64,000 nucleotides of DNA from Polyangiales bacterium. GTDB lineage: Bacteria > Myxococcota_A > Polyangia > Polyangiales > Houyiibacteriaceae. Where the stretch lies: assembly GCA_965227405.1 (NCBI GenBank), contig OZ245758.1, positions 2,804,338-2,868,337 on the forward strand, read 5' to 3'. The notes beneath the pieces were generated by a model that was not told the origin of the DNA, did not search any database, and was given only the letters and a program-made list of their open reading frames with translations. The translations under genes were made by a program, and so were the position numbers. Within the stretch, counting starts at the first letter, position 1. Every line of letters starts with the position of its first letter. Positions 1 to 9,345 of the stretch are shown here, in pieces.

Positions 1-2
1 AC

Positions 3-935
3 TTGAGTCGTGCCGGGCTCGAAGACGCGAAACGACTTTTTGACGCGTTGAAGGGTCACGTTCGACTGACCGGTTTTGACGACTCGGATGTCTGCTCCGA
101 CTTTGATGAACTCTTCATCGGTCAACGCGGTGGCGTGTGGCCTCTGGACGCTCAATCGCGGCTCTTCGCAGATCACGAGCGTGCCCATCCGCTGGTTCGA
201 ATGCTGGACCACATGGGACTCTGGGAACTTGAAGCGGAGTGCGTGGACTTTGATCGGGTCCCCGACGCGCTCTATGCGCTGTGGCGGCTGTACTTCGGCG
301 ACGATGACGCAGCACTCACTCAAGCCCTCGTGCGTTGCGAATCACACGTTGCAGGAATGGTTCGTGACGCAGCAACCTTCATGCATGGTCTGCTCGACGC
401 ACCCGAAGAGTGGGCCGGACAAAACCATCTACGCACGCTGAGAGAACTCGTGCTCGCTGGTGATCCGGTCGCGCTTTCGGAGCCGCCTGATGGGAGTGAA
501 GCGTTAAGTGCGGCGGATCCGACAGACAGCGCCGCGATGACCAAGTTCAAAGCGAAAGTACGCGAGCTGCCAGCCACGGCCGACGCGTGGGACGCGCTTA
601 CGTACGGGTACTTTGCCGAAGAGCGTTGGGAAGAGATGCACGGCTGTGCGGAGGTGTCGATCGCGCTAAGGCCGCAGCACTACTACGCGTGGATGCAACG
701 CGGGATCGCCCGTCACGTGATGGAGCAGTACGACGACGCGCTCGCAGACTTCAACGTCGGTCTTTGTTTCGGCGACCACAACAACCTGCTTCTGAACAAG
801 GCGATCGCATACAAAGATCTCGGTCGACACAAGCAGATGATCGATACGCTTCGCGCGCTTCCACGACACAGTCGTCGCGACACGATTGCAGCTGTCGAGG
901 GTCTCGCCGAGTACGTCGCCGAAGTCGAACGCTAG
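3..935 (+). CDS. Hypothetical protein, 5'-truncated at the window edge; C-terminal region is TPR/helical-repeat-like
   Basis: Open frame running from the window start. No catalytic motif recognised. Convergent with the next gene. Confidence 0.45.
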   Translation: MSRAGLEDAKRLFDALKGHVRLTGFDDSDVCSDFDELFIGQRGGVWPLDAQSRLFADHERAHPLVRMLDHMGLWELEAECVDFDRVPDALYALWRLYFGDDDAALTQALVRCESHVAGMVRDAATFMHGLLDAPEEWAGQNHLRTLRELVLAGDPVALSEPPDGSEALSAADPTDSAAMTKFKAKVRELPATADAWDALTYGYFAEERWEEMHGCAEVSIALRPQHYYAWMQRGIARHVMEQYDDALADFNVGLCFGDHNNLLLNKAIAYKDLGRHKQMIDTLRALPRHSRRDTIAAVEGLAEYVAEVER

Positions 936-1271
936 TTAGGCCAACTGCGCGAGCGCGTTTTCGAACGCTTCGAACCCGTTGCGATGTGTCGCTTCGACAC
1001 GTTCGGTCTTGTCGGCGAGTTCGCGAACCAAGTGGACCGTGGTCGTGTCGTTGTGGGCCTCGACAAAAACCGACCAGGCATGTGCCCCGAGTTGTCGACA
1101 GCCCTCGCGTACGCGTGTGAGCAAGTCTTCGTCGGGAAACATGTGGCGGAAGGTGACAGCGATATTGGCCATTTTCTTTTCTTCGGGCTCTTCGTCGGGG
1201 GCTGGGCTCGAGCGTTTCTTTCGAGACGCCCGAGAACCCGCTTTTCTTCCCGTTGCCCGCGTCGCTGTCAA
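936..1271 (-). CDS. Small hypothetical protein with weak HPF/YfiA-like pattern and a basic/acidic N-terminal extension; real start may be the internal Met (about 1172)
   Basis: Core 'MANIAVTFRHM...NGFEAFENALAQLA' loosely resembles the ribosome hibernation factor fold signature. Similarity is weak. Confidence 0.3.
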   Translation of the reverse strand: MTATRATGRKAGSRASRKKRSSPAPDEEPEEKKMANIAVTFRHMFPDEDLLTRVREGCRQLGAHAWSVFVEAHNDTTTVHLVRELADKTERVEATHRNGFEAFENALAQLA

Positions 1272-1314
1272 AGTTCAGGTGCGCATTTGACTACGCACCT
1301 GAACGATTACCGAA

Positions 1315-1938
1315 TCACTGAACGATGATCTTCGCTTTGAGCGGACCGTTCAGCTTCTTCACGGTCTCTGCAGCCAAGGTCAGGTAGCGGCCCACATCCA
1401 GTTGGAACTCGCCGGCGATCCACGCATCGACGATGAAGTCCATGTTGGGTGCGTCCTTGGGCTCGATGGTGGTCTTGGGGATCGTGTTGATGAGCACGCT
1501 GTTCTCTTTGTGCTCGCCGATCAGAGTTTCGTACACGCCACCCGATCGAATGACCGTGTCCTTGCCTTCGTCCGCGCTGTAACCGGGTTGCGCGAGATCG
1601 GTCAGTTCACCCTTGGACCAGAGCTTGAAAAATCCGCAGCCCATCGCACCGCCAGCATCGCCGTGGCACGAAGGCACGTACCCTGCTGCTCGCACTTCAT
1701 CGACGATCGCGGCGAGACTCTCTTGGTCCAAGGTGCCGCGTGTTGCAGCGATCGCGTACACGCCACCGAGAGTTTTCGGACCGCGCATCTGATCTTTGTG
1801 ATCTGAGAGGCGTCCGTCGACGCATTTGAACAGCCCGTTACTGTTGACGCTCACCACGCCACCAATGTGCGCCGGCTTCACGATCTCGGCTTCCCAACCA
1901 AGACTCTTCAACGCACCAACAATGTCAGTCGCTTGCAT
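1315..1938 (-). CDS. Hypothetical protein (Cys/Gly-rich motifs CVDGR..SCHGDAGGAMGCGF)
   Basis: ORF with good high-GC coding character, same strand as the downstream operon. Start taken at the internal Met 'MQATDIV'. No family recognised. Confidence 0.45.
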   Translation of the reverse strand: MQATDIVGALKSLGWEAEIVKPAHIGGVVSVNSNGLFKCVDGRLSDHKDQMRGPKTLGGVYAIAATRGTLDQESLAAIVDEVRAAGYVPSCHGDAGGAMGCGFFKLWSKGELTDLAQPGYSADEGKDTVIRSGGVYETLIGEHKENSVLINTIPKTTIEPKDAPNMDFIVDAWIAGEFQLDVGRYLTLAAETVKKLNGPLKAKIIVQ

Positions 1939-2019
1939 GTGTTCTCCTCGGGCACGTGCCCGCTCCAAAAGGTGACAGAGGATACCCGATTCGTAGTTCT
2001 ACAATCGAGCCTAAAACCA

Positions 2020-3465
2020 CTAAATCGCGAACGACTTGAGCTGCGGGTCGATTCCGGCAGCTCGTAAGGCTGTGGCGACCTCTGTTTCGATCACGCTGTT
2101 GCGCTCGGTCACACCTTGCGAGGTGATTTGGACCGGCTCTTCGTTCTTTTCCACGATGCAGAACACCCCGCGAACAGCTTTGAGGGAGCGGTGTTTGAGT
2201 GTGGACTGGATGTGACCCGCGACATCGGGAGCCTCGGAGAACATCGGTACCCTCACCGTGAAGATGTCTCGCTCACGGAGCGCACGGCATGCCGGGCGAA
2301 GCTTCCGCATCGCTGGAGAGTCTTTGTAGGCGCGGCGGCGCCAACGGACGGAGCGAAGTTCTAGACCGTCGCTGTTGGGCACTGTTGGGAGACCGTAGTT
2401 TGAGAGCCGGTTGCCGATGAGCTCTGTGACCGTGCGACGGATCGAGTCCAGTTCTTGAGGGTTCCGATTCAACTCCGAGAGCATAATGTGGAGACGAACG
2501 GTTCCATCGAAGTACGTGGGTGTCGTGAGATAACCGCAGTGATACGCGATGGCTTGCACGGTGGGGTCGTCGTGCACTGCGTCCGTCAGGGCCTCGAGTG
2601 CATCATCGTGCATGGCTTCAGGTCCAAACGCGCCTGCATGCAAGAACACAATACCCTCGGAGCGAAGGGACACGAACGCGAGTTCGACGGCACCTGCGTC
2701 GTCACCATCGCCAACACCGATGCCTGAGCTCACGAGGATGCACGACTCGTCGTACCCATCCTCGTGTTCTTCGTCTTCGTCTTCGTCTTCGTCTTCGTCC
2801 TCGTCCTCGTCCTCGTCCTCGTCTTCTTCGAGATCGAGTTCGTCCTCTTCGTCACGATGCAGGTCGTCGTAGTACTCGCCGAAGTACTCAGCGTCATCAT
2901 CGTCGTAGGTGATCTGGTATGGCTCACGCGCAAACCGCAGTCTGATCAGCAGTTGGAGAGGAAACACCTCAAGCATCACGCCATCCACGTGGTCGATCGG
3001 TACTCCGGTGGATTCTGCCCACTGAACGAGTTGGGTCAGCGCAGAAACCAATTCGAGTTTCTCGGGACCGAGTTCGTGATCGACTTCGGGGGCACACTTG
3101 GAAAGCTGTGCGCCGATCTGACGAATGGTCTGCTCCAACGCGTCGACTTGGCGTTGCGCTGCGAGTCTGATGGCTGTGGCGTACGCGACACGAGCCGTGC
3201 TCAGCCAGCTCTCATGAGCGACCTTCTTGACGTACGCATCTGCAGACTTCCCCTGCGCGAGGACGCGTTGCGCTTCGACGTCCAGCCACTCCCATTCACG
3301 AAGTACGGCGGAAGGTTTGACGATCCGAATCCGATCGCCGACAGCCAAACGACGGCCATAGGGTGGTTGAGAGACCACAACACGTTCGCCCGACTCGGTA
3401 AGTCCAACGGCCAAGCCTGTGACGCCGGAGCTTTGGATTGTGACGATGTCACCCGAGTGAGCCAT
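2020..3465 (-). CDS. Hypothetical protein with about 40-residue poly-Asp/Glu tract; last gene of the RavA-like operon
   Basis: Start set at 'MAHSGDIV' (ATG 3463-3465). The upstream part of the ORF overlaps the RavA-like gene. Acidic run 'DEEDELDLEEDEDEDEDEDEDEDEDEDEE' is encoded by a (GTCYTC)n repeat. No VWA MIDAS (DxSxS) motif found. Confidence 0.6.
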   Translation of the reverse strand: MAHSGDIVTIQSSGVTGLAVGLTESGERVVVSQPPYGRRLAVGDRIRIVKPSAVLREWEWLDVEAQRVLAQGKSADAYVKKVAHESWLSTARVAYATAIRLAAQRQVDALEQTIRQIGAQLSKCAPEVDHELGPEKLELVSALTQLVQWAESTGVPIDHVDGVMLEVFPLQLLIRLRFAREPYQITYDDDDAEYFGEYYDDLHRDEEDELDLEEDEDEDEDEDEDEDEDEDEEHEDGYDESCILVSSGIGVGDGDDAGAVELAFVSLRSEGIVFLHAGAFGPEAMHDDALEALTDAVHDDPTVQAIAYHCGYLTTPTYFDGTVRLHIMLSELNRNPQELDSIRRTVTELIGNRLSNYGLPTVPNSDGLELRSVRWRRRAYKDSPAMRKLRPACRALRERDIFTVRVPMFSEAPDVAGHIQSTLKHRSLKAVRGVFCIVEKNEEPVQITSQGVTERNSVIETEVATALRAAGIDPQLKSFAI

Positions 3466-3526
3466 AGCCCCGACATACGCCGGGCGTCGGAGATCGCTCC
3501 CGAGTGCGCAGCAGCTGTAACCGTGC

Positions 3527-4696
3527 CTACTGAGCGAACTTGCCGCTTTGGAACACGTGTCCAAGCAGCTGCTCCACACGGCCGATCGCTTCACGCGCGG
3601 GCTGCGTACCAATCGCCTGAAGCGCAGCTTTGATCTCGTTGAGCGCCTTCAGATGGCTGAAGAGCTGGATGTCGCTCATCGGTCGATCGCTGGTGAGCAG
3701 ATCGCGAATCCGGTTGATCTCTTCGATCAATGCATCGAGGCCGACATCGGCAGCACCAAAGCGACGGGACTCCGGATGCTCTCGGTACCAAGCCTCGAGC
3801 ACAGGTCCCACGACGCCTTCCAAGATCTCGGCTTGGTCGAGGTTGTTCCAGATGTGACGAAGGATGAAGAAGTCGCTCGGGTCCGCAGTGGCACGTCCGT
3901 CCAACATCGCCGATGCCGAGAAAAGCTTGAGCATCTTGATCGCACGGCGGTCGGAAAGACTTACACCTTCGCTTCGGATCTGAAACACCAGACCCTTGTA
4001 CGCCGCCAGGAACTCTTCGCTGAACTTCATGCGCGGCGCGAAGTTCGCGTGCACACCGTGCAGCTCTTGGCTGGTCAACACAGGCTGCATGCGGTCGTAC
4101 TGGCCGGTGATCTTGCTGACCTCGTGGTTGATGCCTTTGAGCAGCAAGTCGTGGAAGTGGTAGCTGTCGAGGTTCTCGCTGCGCACCCGCAGCAGGAAAC
4201 GGTCGAACACCGCCATCAAGTCTTCGTCGTTGGGAACCTCGTTGCTGGCACCAAACGCGCTGATCAGCGGCACTTTGATCACAGCACCACCCACCGTGTA
4301 GAGGCGCTCGTTGAGCACGCTCAGCAGCGAGTTCAGGATGGCCGAGTTCGCCTTGAACACCTCGTCGAGAAACACGATCTCAGACTCTGGCAACATTCCA
4401 GAGGTACGACGCTTATACTCACCACCTCGGAATGCGGTGATGTCGATCGGACCAAAGATCTCGTTCGGTTCGGTGAAGCGCGTGAGCAGGTACTCGAAGT
4501 ACTTCGCTTGAACGAGCTTGGAGAAGAGTCGAACCAACGCGGATTTCGCCGTTCCGGGCGGTCCGATCAAGACCATGTGCTCGCCTGCCAAAGCAGCGAT
4601 GAGCATCAGGCGAATGGTCTCGGTCTTGCCGAGGAACGTGCCCTCGAGCGAACGAGCGACCTGTTGAAGCTTGCGAGCGATGTGTACGTCGGTCAT
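3527..4696 (-). CDS. MoxR-class AAA+ ATPase, RavA-like
   Basis: Walker A 'LIGPPGTAKS' and Walker B 'EIVFLDEVFKA'. 'NSLLSVLNERLY' and 'AFGASNE' closely track the E. coli RavA AAA+ core ('LLGPPGIAKS...[25 protein letters not shown]'). ATG at 4694-4696. Confidence 0.85.
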   Translation of the reverse strand: MTDVHIARKLQQVARSLEGTFLGKTETIRLMLIAALAGEHMVLIGPPGTAKSALVRLFSKLVQAKYFEYLLTRFTEPNEIFGPIDITAFRGGEYKRRTSGMLPESEIVFLDEVFKANSAILNSLLSVLNERLYTVGGAVIKVPLISAFGASNEVPNDEDLMAVFDRFLLRVRSENLDSYHFHDLLLKGINHEVSKITGQYDRMQPVLTSQELHGVHANFAPRMKFSEEFLAAYKGLVFQIRSEGVSLSDRRAIKMLKLFSASAMLDGRATADPSDFFILRHIWNNLDQAEILEGVVGPVLEAWYREHPESRRFGAADVGLDALIEEINRIRDLLTSDRPMSDIQLFSHLKALNEIKAALQAIGTQPAREAIGRVEQLLGHVFQSGKFAQ

Positions 4697-4708
4697 CGGA
4701 AGTTCCGT

Positions 4709-5845
4709 TTACGCGCCGAGCGCGGAGGATACCGGCAGAGGGCGCGCACGATCGAGGATGGATCGCGCAAATTCGACGGCGTCGTCGCCGGCTTGTTGAC
4801 GACGCAGTTCGGCGCGTCGTTGGACACGCTCCAAATCACTGGCAGAGAGCGCGATCACGTCGGAGAGCGGCGTGTCGTGCTGCACCACGGCGGGCAAAAC
4901 CGCAGCAAAGAGTTCTTCGTCGCCAACCGCGGGTTCGGCGATCGGGACGTGGCCTGCGCGCTCATCAAGCACTTCAAGAACCTGCAACTCCGCGAGGAAG
5001 GCTAACGCGACGTGCAGGTATTCGCCTGGTGCACCCACCGCGCTAAGTTCCCGCAACGCGTGTCCCAGTGGCTGCGCGACCTTGTTGGTGCCTGTCTTGA
5101 TCAGCGCTTGAACGACGCCGTTGCGCAATCCCGAATCGGAGAGCACTGCAAGCGCGGCCATGCCGAATACGAATCGTGGGTAGAGCTGCAAGTTGAGCAG
5201 CTGGGTAACCGGCGAGCGCGCGATCAGTTGGGTGAGCAAACCCGTGAGTGATTCTTCGTCGACGCCCTCTTCGAGGATCTCGAGCATCCGTCGCCGCGAC
5301 TTCTGTTCTTTAACGAAGCGCAAGCGCGGCATGGCTGTGACGTTTGCAGGCGGCGGCCGACCGTAGAAGCGGTAGGTGTACGCCCAGTTCTTCACCACCG
5401 TGTCTTCGCGTTGGAAGAGAAGTGCGCGTTCCGCGATCACGTGTCGCGAGAGTGCTTCGCCGCGAGTGCGGGGCGGCGGGATCGCGTCGATGATCGCTTC
5501 GATCCACTCACGCATCGTCTTGAGCGACCCACGCGAAAACGTGCGGTCCAACATCGGGTCGGTAATCGCGCCGAGGTTGTGGAGCGCCATCGCCATACCC
5601 ATGGCGCCGAAGTCGTTGGCAGGGAGCCCTTGAAGTGGAGCGATCTCGCTCGCTGCACGAAGCATGTGCGACTGCAGATCAAACTCGACCTCGGTGTCGC
5701 TGATCGTGCCGTAGGCAAACGTTTCCATTACGCCGGGGGGTAAGGGGCGCACCGCGTGGGCTTCTCCGCCCGCGAACAAGGGCAGGAGAAACTCCTTGAT
5801 GAATTCCTCGTAGAGCTCGCCGATCTTCGTGCTCTCGTCGGCCAC
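4709..5845 (-). CDS. Hypothetical protein (378 aa), second gene of the RavA-like operon
   Basis: GTG start at 5843-5845, immediately after the TAG of the upstream gene (5846-5848). No motif recognised. Confidence 0.55.
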   Translation of the reverse strand: MADESTKIGELYEEFIKEFLLPLFAGGEAHAVRPLPPGVMETFAYGTISDTEVEFDLQSHMLRAASEIAPLQGLPANDFGAMGMAMALHNLGAITDPMLDRTFSRGSLKTMREWIEAIIDAIPPPRTRGEALSRHVIAERALLFQREDTVVKNWAYTYRFYGRPPPANVTAMPRLRFVKEQKSRRRMLEILEEGVDEESLTGLLTQLIARSPVTQLLNLQLYPRFVFGMAALAVLSDSGLRNGVVQALIKTGTNKVAQPLGHALRELSAVGAPGEYLHVALAFLAELQVLEVLDERAGHVPIAEPAVGDEELFAAVLPAVVQHDTPLSDVIALSASDLERVQRRAELRRQQAGDDAVEFARSILDRARPLPVSSALGA

Positions 5846-7366
5846 CTAGGCTTCTTCTTCCGTCGGCTTGGCTTTCTTTCCGGGAATGCCCCAGAGCGGG
5901 AAACGACGCGGTTTGTCGTATCGGAACAAGGGCAGCGGAGCTTCGTCTTCGATCGGGCGTTCGGCACCGATCGGAATCGCCGCGATGTCGCGAAGCACGC
6001 GTCGCGACACAGGACCAAATGCAGTCGAGGCAACGACGCGTGGTTCGGCTTGCTCCGCATCGAAGAACACAAACCCGTCGCCGCGATCGCGAACCAAATC
6101 CTGCAACACTGCCGGACTTACCGCCGGCACGAGCGTGAGCCCCGCGGGAACGTAGATGCGCGACGCCACCTCGGAATAGAACACACCCAGAGGCACACCT
6201 TCGATGCCGCTGGGATCGATCAGGTAAAAGCGATCTTCGCCGATAGCGATACGCAACGCGCTCAATGTCTTGGGAGGCAACGCGTAGAGCAGTCGCGACA
6301 ACCACTCGCGCTGCTGCAGCGGCACCACGGTTGCGGTGATCATGCGCCACGCGTCGGTGCTCATGGCGAGGCGCAGCGGAAGCGACATGCCCAGTTTCTG
6401 TGCGCTTCCACCACCGGCTTGCGTCCGCGCCGAGACATCTTCTTCCAGGTCGACGTTGGTGCGAACGAGCGAACGAACCGGTGCAAAGGGCGGTAGCGGA
6501 TTGACGACGAGAACCTCGCCGTCGCCACGAAACAGGTGCAGCGTGTCGTCGTCGAACAGCGACTGACAACTTTCGAGAGCGATGGGGTGGCGATAGCCGT
6601 GTTCCACCGCGAACGACTTTCCGAGCGGCTCAAACACGTGAACGCCCGGCAGCGACGAGAACAAACGAGCGACGCGTTCGGGCGTCTCGCTGATGTCGAA
6701 CACGTAGAGGCGCACTGGACGATCGTCGAACGCGCTTTGTGCCGGCCACTCGGCAAGTGCAGCGCGTGCGGGGATCTGCCAGCGAAAGAGGTACGAGAGA
6801 ATGGCTCCGCCGACGCCGACTTCGCTGGTCGCCCAGAGTCGTTGAGGCGTGGGTTCGTCGGTCCCGACGGCAGAGGGAATGCGATAGGGAGTGAGCTTGA
6901 AGACGAGATCGCGAAACGAGATCTCGCGGTCGAAGCTGTACGCTTGACGGAAACTGTCGTGGTAGAGCACCAGGTCCGCCGGTTGGTCCAAGAGCTCCTG
7001 GACGTCGTAACCCAGCGGAGAACCGGTATCGCGGTACTTCACGAAGTGGCGCGACGTCCCCGTGAACACCAACCCACCAGCGAGCTTGGCCACCCCGGCG
7101 ATGCGATCCATCCGGTAGGACGACTCGGCCGTCAGCGAGAGCATGATCTCGCGACTCTTCAGCGGCGTGATCAGACGGCGGATGACCAACGAGGGGAGCA
7201 ACTCATCGAGGGAACCCTCGTCGCCATAGGCGCGAAGAAACGCGACAAGACGATCGATGCTCGGGAAGAGCACGACACCCTTTTGCCCAAGAACCACACC
7301 TCGCGCGTCCGGGGTAACACCGGGCGTGCGGAAGCGGGTTTGGTGGAGCGCGGCCCGTTCGAGCAC
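5846..7366 (-). CDS. Hypothetical protein (506 aa), first gene of the RavA-like operon; possible weak VWA-like 'LYVFDISET' strand
   Basis: Long ORF with a coupled stop/start to the next gene. No confident family assignment. Confidence 0.55.
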   Translation of the reverse strand: MLERAALHQTRFRTPGVTPDARGVVLGQKGVVLFPSIDRLVAFLRAYGDEGSLDELLPSLVIRRLITPLKSREIMLSLTAESSYRMDRIAGVAKLAGGLVFTGTSRHFVKYRDTGSPLGYDVQELLDQPADLVLYHDSFRQAYSFDREISFRDLVFKLTPYRIPSAVGTDEPTPQRLWATSEVGVGGAILSYLFRWQIPARAALAEWPAQSAFDDRPVRLYVFDISETPERVARLFSSLPGVHVFEPLGKSFAVEHGYRHPIALESCQSLFDDDTLHLFRGDGEVLVVNPLPPFAPVRSLVRTNVDLEEDVSARTQAGGGSAQKLGMSLPLRLAMSTDAWRMITATVVPLQQREWLSRLLYALPPKTLSALRIAIGEDRFYLIDPSGIEGVPLGVFYSEVASRIYVPAGLTLVPAVSPAVLQDLVRDRGDGFVFFDAEQAEPRVVASTAFGPVSRRVLRDIAAIPIGAERPIEDEAPLPLFRYDKPRRFPLWGIPGKKAKPTEEEA

Positions 7367-7421
7367 GCTCGGAACCTAAACCATTTTGGCGCTAAGGCTC
7401 CAGTTGTGTTTGCATGCGTTT

Positions 7422-7772
7422 ATGCGCTGGTTCTTCGCGCTGCTCATGCTTTGTGGCTCGGTGGTCAGCGCCCAGCCGCCTTCCCTGGAAGCACGCCTAG
7501 CAACGCTGAGGCAGGCGCCTGAGGCGTCCCACGCGCGAGAGCCGATTCAGCAAGCCCGTCGCGCTCTGGAGCGCGAACGAGAGCTCCGCGAGGCCGGCCA
7601 GACCGCGGCGGCTCAACGTGCGCGACGGATTGCCGATGCGGCGGTGATCTTGAGTGAGCGGATTGTCGCGCGTGTTCGAGCGCAGGCTTCGCTCCGCGTT
7701 GCACAAACGGAACGCGATGAGGCGGTTCGACGAAAGGAAGTCGCTGAGGCTGCACTGGAGCGTGCCCAGTGA
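7422..7772 (+). CDS. Secreted coiled-coil protein (signal peptide, cleavage after VSA)
   Basis: 'MRWFFALLMLCGSVVSAQPP' signal peptide followed by Ala/Arg/Glu/Gln-rich coiled-coil. Its stop overlaps the next ATG. Confidence 0.5.
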   Translation: MRWFFALLMLCGSVVSAQPPSLEARLATLRQAPEASHAREPIQQARRALERERELREAGQTAAAQRARRIADAAVILSERIVARVRAQASLRVAQTERDEAVRRKEVAEAALERAQ

Positions 7773-8740
7773 GGTGGCTGGCCTTGGTCGTTGTCGCGGC
7801 GTGCGGCGGTGCGAGTGTTCAGACCGATCCCTCCACGCTTTTCGATCCCGAAGGCTTGGAAGCGGCGCGGCGAGAGGCACCAGACTTAGTGGCTCAAGCT
7901 GAGCGCGCGGCGAACGAGGCACGAGCTGCGGAAGCTGACGGTGACACCGAAGCCGCACAAGACCACGCGACCCGTGCGCGCCTGCTCTACCAAGCCGCAG
8001 TTGTGGAGTCCGAGCGTGCAGCGATCGATCGCGAACGACTTGAAGCTTCGCAGACGGCAGAAGAAGCCACACAGGCTGCAGTACGTGCCGACGAGCAACG
8101 CGCCGCGATCGAGATCCAAGCACAGCGCGCGAATGCTGCGGAGGTTGCGCGTGCACAAATGCAGCGCGCGTTTGCACAAGCCGAAGAAGACGAGGGTCGT
8201 CGACTGAGGCGTCGTAGTGCCGAAGTGGATCGTGCCCGAACCGAAGCCGCTGCTGCACTTCGTGAACGCACGCGGTTGGTTCTTTCGGCAGCCCGTGCAC
8301 TAGGTGCAAACGCTGAAGCGATCGATGCGGTGAACATTCCAACGGGCGGCACACCCATCGAGCAGATTCAGCGCGCCAATACAGCGCACGCTCAAGCTCT
8401 TGAAGTGCTCGGTGCCGCCCGCACGGCGCACCCCGTGGACGAAGCATCCCGGGAGTCCTTGCTGGCGGCGGTTCGAGAGCGCAGCCTGCAAGCACGTCTG
8501 GAACCGCGCGGCATCGTGATCGACGGTGTCACCACAGCGCGAGGTAGCGTATTGGCCCAACTCGTGGCCGCCCATCCGCATGGTCCGGTCGAAGTTCGGG
8601 GCCGCGGAGCCGCACGCTTGGCAGGCACTCTTCGCCGTGGTGGAGCAGGCGATCGCGTGCAGACGCATGCTGCGCAAAGCGACCTCGAAGTCGTGTTCGT
8701 GGGCTACGGGAATACCGATGCGCCCGCGCGCGTACCCTAG
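7769..8740 (+). CDS. Coiled-coil lipoprotein
   Basis: Lipobox 'VVVAAC|GG'. Ala/Glu/Arg-rich coiled-coil body. ATGA overlap with the upstream gene. Confidence 0.55.
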   Translation: MRWLALVVVAACGGASVQTDPSTLFDPEGLEAARREAPDLVAQAERAANEARAAEADGDTEAAQDHATRARLLYQAAVVESERAAIDRERLEASQTAEEATQAAVRADEQRAAIEIQAQRANAAEVARAQMQRAFAQAEEDEGRRLRRRSAEVDRARTEAAAALRERTRLVLSAARALGANAEAIDAVNIPTGGTPIEQIQRANTAHAQALEVLGAARTAHPVDEASRESLLAAVRERSLQARLEPRGIVIDGVTTARGSVLAQLVAAHPHGPVEVRGRGAARLAGTLRRGGAGDRVQTHAAQSDLEVVFVGYGNTDAPARVP

Positions 8741-8742
8741 AT

Positions 8743-9345
8743 GTGTACTTAGCGCTCGTCCTGGTCGCCGCGATCACGATTGGCGTTGTCGTCGCATTCG
8801 TGCACGGCAACTCGCGACTGGGTCGATGGGGTACACGGCGCGGCAAGCCCGTCGACGTGGGCGCGTCTCCTTATCGTGAAGGCACAAGCAGTCCGGTACT
8901 CGCCAATGGTGCACCGACAGGGCTGCGCTTTGTGGCGGGTCTCAACACGTTCTGGGGCGTCATCACCGGACTGATTTTTGTTCCAGCGGGTGCCGTTCTC
9001 GTGTTGTTCGGAGCGCCTCAGCTCAAGATCATCTCGTTTCCCGTCGGCTTCGTCGTGCTTAGTGGACTCGGTCTCGCATTCTCTCTGGGCATTGCTTCGG
9101 CACGTGTGCTTCGCCGCGAACAACTGCCGCAGGTTCGGAAGGTGTTGACCTGGTCGATGTGTCATCACGTGGCCGTTCTTGCTGTGATGGGTCTCGCGTC
9201 GTTGATGATCAACGAAGCGTTTCTGATCGCGGCGTCGGCCATTCCGTGTGTGCTCGGAATGACCTTCGCGCATCTACTGATCCAAGGCGTCAACCAGATC
9301 GAATACGGTCTCTATTCGCCCAGTACGGCTGACGGCTACTCGTAG
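8743..9345 (+). CDS. Hypothetical integral membrane protein
   Basis: Several hydrophobic helices ('LALVLVAAITIGVVVAF', 'FWGVITGLIFVPAGAVLVLF' ...). Confidence 0.5.
   Translation: MYLALVLVAAITIGVVVAFVHGNSRLGRWGTRRGKPVDVGASPYREGTSSPVLANGAPTGLRFVAGLNTFWGVITGLIFVPAGAVLVLFGAPQLKIISFPVGFVVLSGLGLAFSLGIASARVLRREQLPQVRKVLTWSMCHHVAVLAVMGLASLMINEAFLIAASAIPCVLGMTFAHLLIQGVNQIEYGLYSPSTADGYS

Noticed and set aside
936-1271. Confident HPF/YfiA (ribosome hibernation factor) call
   Set aside because: Only a loose pattern resemblance. The core would be about 78 aa, preceded by a 33-aa low-complexity extension. Retained as a low-confidence note only.
2020-3465. Downstream partner of the RavA-like ATPase as a ViaA orthologue
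   Set aside because: Similar length to ViaA, but no VWA domain or 'DxSGSM' MIDAS motif is present. The protein instead has a poly-D/E tract.
3548-5005. 485-aa plus-strand ORF antisense to the RavA-like gene and its upstream neighbour
   Set aside because: Arg/His-rich, low-complexity translation with no motifs. The opposite strand carries an unmistakable AAA+ gene. This is a typical shadow ORF of high-GC DNA. The same reasoning was applied to 5679..6569-, 7497..8495-, 10209..11339+, 17150..18040+, 23052..24143-, 25148..26296+, 26348..27457-, 28478..29092-, 33949..34569+, 34269..35537+, 40757..41275-, 48724..50319-, 50592..51257-, 53773..54405+, 55655..56164+, 57243..57839+, 59238..59843- and 61337..61858+.
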